Source of the DNA: Candidatus Hermodarchaeota archaeon
Lineage (GTDB): Archaea; Asgardarchaeota; Heimdallarchaeia; Hodarchaeales; Hodarchaeaceae
DNA: 20,329 bases
Direction: 5' to 3'
Assembly (NCBI GenBank): GCA_048886185.1
Contig: JBHLKY010000021.1
Location: 13,023-33,351 of the forward strand
This document shows, in pieces, positions 16,420-20,329 of the stretch (its first letter is position 1; each line of letters begins with the position of its first letter). The notes under the pieces are model-generated. The model did not search any database. It was given only the letters and a program-made list of their open reading frames with translations, and was not told where the DNA came from. Both the position numbers and the translations under genes were made by a program.

Positions 16420-16679
16420 TTCTTTCTTAAAAATAAGTTTCTTTCTTCAGACCTAAATTTCCATTTGATCTGATTTTATCTTCTCTCTAGAATGTTGTTT
16501 TGAGGTATTTTTTATCTTGATATCTGTAAAATTTGCAGTTAACTAAATTCTTTTTAGGTAAGTTTTCATTTAATATACTGTAGTTTAAGTTAGTGGGATC
16601 ACACTCCTACCCCGATCTTCCTATTCCTTTCAGCTTTCAATCTATCGTAATCCTTAAAACAAATACGTTAGAGTTCGAG

Positions 16680-16967
16680 ATGGTGAGTATGGTCTACTTA
16701 ACAGCAAATGATAATTCAGTAGAGAAAATTCGAATCTCTAGTAGCGCTTGGGCTGTATTAAACCTCCTAAATCGCAAAACGGCACCCCTTGCTGTATATG
16801 AAATACAAAATGAGTTGCCGTTCTCAGAACGTACTATCTACTATGCATTGAGGCAACTTCAAGATAAAGCTCTTATCGAGAAGCGAGTCAATGTAAGAGA
16901 TCTCAGGGAAGCACATTATAGACTAGCTACAAGAGCTGGGTTATTTGGATTCGTTGGAAGACGGTAA
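16680..16967 (+). CDS. Small archaeal winged-helix DNA-binding protein (MarR-like fold)
   Basis: SSSAWAVLNLL...YEIQNEL-PFSERTIYYALRQLQDKALIEKRVNVRDLREAHYRL; matches the archaeal RTxxYALxxL / D[AL]R[QE]xxY small wHTH pattern. Start ATG 16680 or 16689. Confidence 0.8.
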   Translation: MVSMVYLTANDNSVEKIRISSSAWAVLNLLNRKTAPLAVYEIQNELPFSERTIYYALRQLQDKALIEKRVNVRDLREAHYRLATRAGLFGFVGRR

Positions 16968-16976
16968 TCCTTATCG

Positions 16977-18374
16977 TCAATCCTCTACTGACCTTAACTT
17001 TTTCGATTCTAAGTTGGGAAGGTTTGCAACAATCATTCCGTTATTACGGATATCTATTAGATCTCTCTTATGTAATACTTGAAGCTGGTTATTGAGTACA
17101 ATCGGATCCATTCCCACACTCTTTGCTAGCGATTCTAGTGACATTTCATTTCCCATACGTAGGAGTATACTTAATGGGGCAAAATTCGAGTGTGATAAAC
17201 ACTGTTCTAGCCACTCTGATCTACTTTCAGCTTTTGCGAGCTGAAGATCTTGCAGATGTATTTCTCTCTCTGCCTCTTTTTTCTTTTCTTCCTCAAGCTC
17301 TACTTGAAGTTGTTTAACTTGGTGTTTTAGTTCAGTCATAGTTTGTTTATTATTTTCAGCTTTTTGAGATAACTCTTCGATGATTAGTTCTAACTGATCA
17401 TTTCTTTCTGAAAATGTTTGATTTTCCATCTTAAGCTCAGAGATCTGGCTTTGGTATTCTTTCTCCCGAATATCTCTTTCTAAAAACTTTTCGTTCAGAT
17501 TAGTAAGATCTCTTTGATGTTGATCAGTTAAATCTTGTAATTTTGTCCTAATCATTTCTTCATACTGCCTTTTTGTCTCTTCAAGAGTTTTTTGGAAGTA
17601 TTCTTCTTGCTGTTGGTATGATAGTGCCCATTGCTGCATTGCTGCAGAAACATCGTCATCTGTGGCAATAACTGCGCTTCGTGCATTCTCTAGCGAAGAT
17701 GTTAGCCTATTTATTTCATTTTTTGCAGTAACTAGGTCCATATCTAGTTGAGTGTTTTGCTCTTCTAATGAAGATATTTGCTTGATTCGTTCTTCTAGCT
17801 CTAGCTGGAAATCAAAAAGCTCCTCCTGAAGGCTTTTGTTTTCTGTAGAAGCAACATCAGCTCGATTCTTTTCAGTCAAAACTTGTTGTTGTAATTCATG
17901 AACTTCATTCATCTTATTCGCTTTGATTTCTTGGATTAGTTGATCCTTCTCCTCTAATTGCTTTTGAAGAGATTGAATTTGGGATTGTACTCTTGAAAAT
18001 TCTGTTGTATTTGTTTTCAGTTGTCTAGTTAAATTATCAATAGATTGTTGGAGTTCTTCTTCTTGTGATTCATCCTTGATTGTTATTTTTCCTCCCTGAA
18101 TTAAAACTCGTTTGATCCATCCGAAGGATTTAATTGTAATTCGAGTAAGTTGACTTTCAAATGTTCGATTGACTTCTTCTCGCAGATGTTTCATAAGGCC
18201 ATCAATAAACCTGTATTCTTCACTCCGAGTAATAATCTTTGAATTTCTTAATTCTGTTTTCGTTTGAGAAAATACGACTCCAAGAGATTGAACCGCAATT
18301 TCTCGATCCTTTGCCAAGTCATTAATGAATTCGAGGCCATATTTTCTAATATCCTGTGTTGAAGTGGAAGACAT
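16977..18374 (-). CDS. Long coiled-coil protein with ~100-aa N-terminal head and C-terminal winged-helix domain
   Basis: E/Q/K/L-rich heptads at aa ~107-396 (numbered from GTG 18383), broken at SAVIATDDD; C-terminal FAPLSILLRMG-EMSLESLAKSVG-MDPIVLNNQLQVLHKRDLIDIRNNG; no Walker motifs. Confidence 0.85.
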   Translation of the reverse strand: MSSTSTQDIRKYGLEFINDLAKDREIAVQSLGVVFSQTKTELRNSKIITRSEEYRFIDGLMKHLREEVNRTFESQLTRITIKSFGWIKRVLIQGGKITIKDESQEEELQQSIDNLTRQLKTNTTEFSRVQSQIQSLQKQLEEKDQLIQEIKANKMNEVHELQQQVLTEKNRADVASTENKSLQEELFDFQLELEERIKQISSLEEQNTQLDMDLVTAKNEINRLTSSLENARSAVIATDDDVSAAMQQWALSYQQQEEYFQKTLEETKRQYEEMIRTKLQDLTDQHQRDLTNLNEKFLERDIREKEYQSQISELKMENQTFSERNDQLELIIEELSQKAENNKQTMTELKHQVKQLQVELEEEKKKEAEREIHLQDLQLAKAESRSEWLEQCLSHSNFAPLSILLRMGNEMSLESLAKSVGMDPIVLNNQLQVLHKRDLIDIRNNGMIVANLPNLESKKLRSVED

Positions 18375-18377
18375 AAT

Positions 18378-18383
18378 CCTCAC
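18378..18383 (-). promoter_or_regulatory. Shine-Dalgarno-like GTGAGG
   Basis: 3 nt upstream of ATG 18374; favours ATG 18374 over GTG 18383. Confidence 0.45.
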
Positions 18384-18514
18384 AATGATTCTTGTGTTAC
18401 TCCTTTTTTAACCCGTTGTTAATAATGATTAGCGATAACTTTTCTTTCATGAAAATCAAATCTAATCATAAATTCCTAGGATCTTGAAATCTGCTACCTT
18501 TCTTATGTTTCTCT

Positions 18515-20329
18515 TTAATGAGTAAATTTACCAAACCTTTTATTCACCCACTTAGGCCACCAATTGTACTTATCACCTATAATTGCCATAGCTGAAGGTA
18601 CTAGGAAGACTCTTACTATAGTGGCATCAATAATAACAGCAAATACCATACCAAGTCCTATTTCTGTTAGGATTAATATGTAAGAGAACCATAAGGCGAA
18701 AAAAGCACCAGCCATGATTATTGCACAAGATGTAACAACTGATGCAGTGTGTACTAAACCCACTTCGATAGCTTCGTGATTTGATTTTCCTTTCAGGTAT
18801 TCTTCCCGAATTCGTGATGTAATAAATATGTCATAATCCATACCTAATCCGAATAAAATGCAAAACAGAATTGGGGGAATTATCCAATAAAGGCCAGCTT
18901 CAACATTTATATTAGGATTGAGATAAGCTATAGTAATTTCTTCTAGATTGAACTGAAACATCAATACTAAGAATCCCAAGGTCCACGTGACAGATGTCGC
19001 AATGGTAATGATCAGTCGAATAGGAACCGTGATTGACCCTAAAAGGAACGTTAGAATAATCATTATTGTTACGAAAATCCAGAGAACCATTAAGGGAAAA
19101 GCAGAATATAATTCACTTGACATATCAACATTGATCGAAGTACCTCCGTAAATATACCCCTTAATGTTTTCTGAAAGACCAAACCTTTGTAAATCTCTTA
19201 GTTCAGCTCTGAGGAAACGAAGGTCACTCATTGCTTCTACTCCCATTGGATTTTGCCTAAAGCTTAATTTTATTATTACAGTGTTATTTGCTTGATTCCA
19301 ATTGACATAATTTTGCATAATAAGATCGAAATCAGTTTCAGGGGGTAATAAAGGAACCATAATAGCTTTCAAAGATATCGCAGACATGAATAGAACTTCT
19401 GTTCCTTGTATAGCTTTTCCTTTATCAATTATATTTATAGTTACAAAACCTATTGAGGGCCGTGTAATGGTTTCAACATTTATTATGGCTTCCGTGTTAT
19501 TGAGCCATTCTGCTAATTGATCTATAGCATAGAGAGTTTTATTAGACCATAAATCCTCAGAACTACTGAATCCAGATAGAACCATGCTATTTCCATATAT
19601 TTCACTTGTCATACCTATCTCATCGAGGATTTCGAACGCTTCACTACTTTCTACGTTTGGAGGGAGCATTGATAAGATGTCATAAGATGGTTGATATGAG
19701 GCTAGCAGTAATGCGAAAGGAACCGTGATTACTATAGCAAAAATAATGATAGGCCAAGCAAAACGGATACTAAACCTCGCAAACTTCCCCCAAATTGTTT
19801 TATTCGTTTTATTTTCCACTGGTGTGTTTAATTCATTATTTTCTTTTGATAGTGCTTTAGTTATTGATATACGTCGGGGCCATGTAATTTTTTCGCCAAA
19901 AACGTAAAGAAGTGAAGGAAGTAGTGTAGAAGCGGATAACAAGCCACATAATATAGCTATAATTGCACCTAATCCTATGCTTTGAATTAATTCGATATTT
20001 GGTAGTAATAAGGCTCCAAAACCCATGATAACGACTAAACCAGATGAGAATATAGCTCTTCCACTCATTGTAACTGAAATTTGAACAGCTTCTTCTTTGG
20101 ACCTTCCTTCTTTGAGTTCATCTAAAAATCGGGTTAAAATGAAAATGGAATAATCAACTCCAACTCCTAATCCTAATACTGTCACAATGACTGGAGCAAA
20201 TGTACCAATTTCAATAAAATGACCAAGGAAATATAACACTGAATTTGCTAATAGAAGTGCTGGTGCCATAGTTACTAAAGGAACTGTTGGAGCCACTAAA
20301 GATCTTAGAACAATAAAAAGAATAATGAT
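18515..20329 (-). CDS. MMPL/RND family transporter (5' partial, runs off the window)
   Basis: Two RND TM motifs GLGVGVDYSIF and FGLGMDYDIF; DATIVRVFLVP; frame is open to base 20329 (IIILFIVLRSLVAP). Confidence 0.93.
   Translation of the reverse strand: MIILFIVLRSLVAPTVPLVTMAPALLLANSVLYFLGHFIEIGTFAPVIVTVLGLGVGVDYSIFILTRFLDELKEGRSKEEAVQISVTMSGRAIFSSGLVVIMGFGALLLPNIELIQSIGLGAIIAILCGLLSASTLLPSLLYVFGEKITWPRRISITKALSKENNELNTPVENKTNKTIWGKFARFSIRFAWPIIIFAIVITVPFALLLASYQPSYDILSMLPPNVESSEAFEILDEIGMTSEIYGNSMVLSGFSSSEDLWSNKTLYAIDQLAEWLNNTEAIINVETITRPSIGFVTINIIDKGKAIQGTEVLFMSAISLKAIMVPLLPPETDFDLIMQNYVNWNQANNTVIIKLSFRQNPMGVEAMSDLRFLRAELRDLQRFGLSENIKGYIYGGTSINVDMSSELYSAFPLMVLWIFVTIMIILTFLLGSITVPIRLIITIATSVTWTLGFLVLMFQFNLEEITIAYLNPNINVEAGLYWIIPPILFCILFGLGMDYDIFITSRIREEYLKGKSNHEAIEVGLVHTASVVTSCAIIMAGAFFALWFSYILILTEIGLGMVFAVIIDATIVRVFLVPSAMAIIGDKYNWWPKWVNKRFGKFTH

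Noticed and set aside
16593-16679. N-terminal 29-aa extension of the wHTH ORF from GTG 16593
   Set aside because: Not domain-like and overlaps the likely promoter and leader; ATG 16680 or 16689 gives the typical family length.
16977-18383. SMC/Rad50 annotation for the coiled-coil protein
   Set aside because: No Walker A/B, no signature motif, no hinge domain and no CxxC zinc hook.
75-19907. Short ORF-track entries at 75, 1552, 2646, 2865, 3075, 6195, 6468, 8117, 8268, 10433, 13594, 14278, 14873, 17123 and 19725
   Set aside because: Antisense or off-frame shadows of well-supported genes, with no motifs and no convincing SD.
1-20329. CRISPR arrays, tRNA/rRNA genes, IS elements, integrases
   Set aside because: No periodic direct repeats, cloverleaf or T-loop motifs, or transposase/recombinase signatures seen on either strand by eye.

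Overview
AT-rich (roughly 30-36% GC by spot counts) prokaryotic chromosomal window with about 18 intact or partial CDS. I found no rRNA, tRNA, CRISPR array, transposase or integrase. GGTGA/GGAGG Shine-Dalgarno motifs, TATA boxes, an archaeal small winged-helix protein, a beta-helix/Ig surface protein and a 7TM protein family suggest an archaeon, most likely Asgard (Heimdallarchaeia/Hodarchaeales-like); this is inference. Left to right: ABC ATPase + ABC-2 permease; a lower-GC run of small stress/house-cleaning genes (alkyltransferase-like protein, TIGR04076, MBL hydrolase, NUDIX with an inserted SH3-like domain, flavin reductase, GT-A-like protein, GNAT); a ferritin-like erythrin; a 7TM gene flanked on both sides by apparently 5'-truncated gene remnants; a multidomain surface protein; an orphan double MacB/FtsX permease with an extra ~7-TM tail; a COG2509-type FAD oxidoreductase; a small wHTH protein converging on a ~290-aa two-segment coiled-coil protein with a C-terminal winged helix; and a partial MMPL transporter. 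The best candidates for new biology are the coiled-coil/winged-helix protein with its wHTH neighbour, the SH3-inserted NUDIX operon and the 7TM segment. All family calls come from motif recognition, not database searches.
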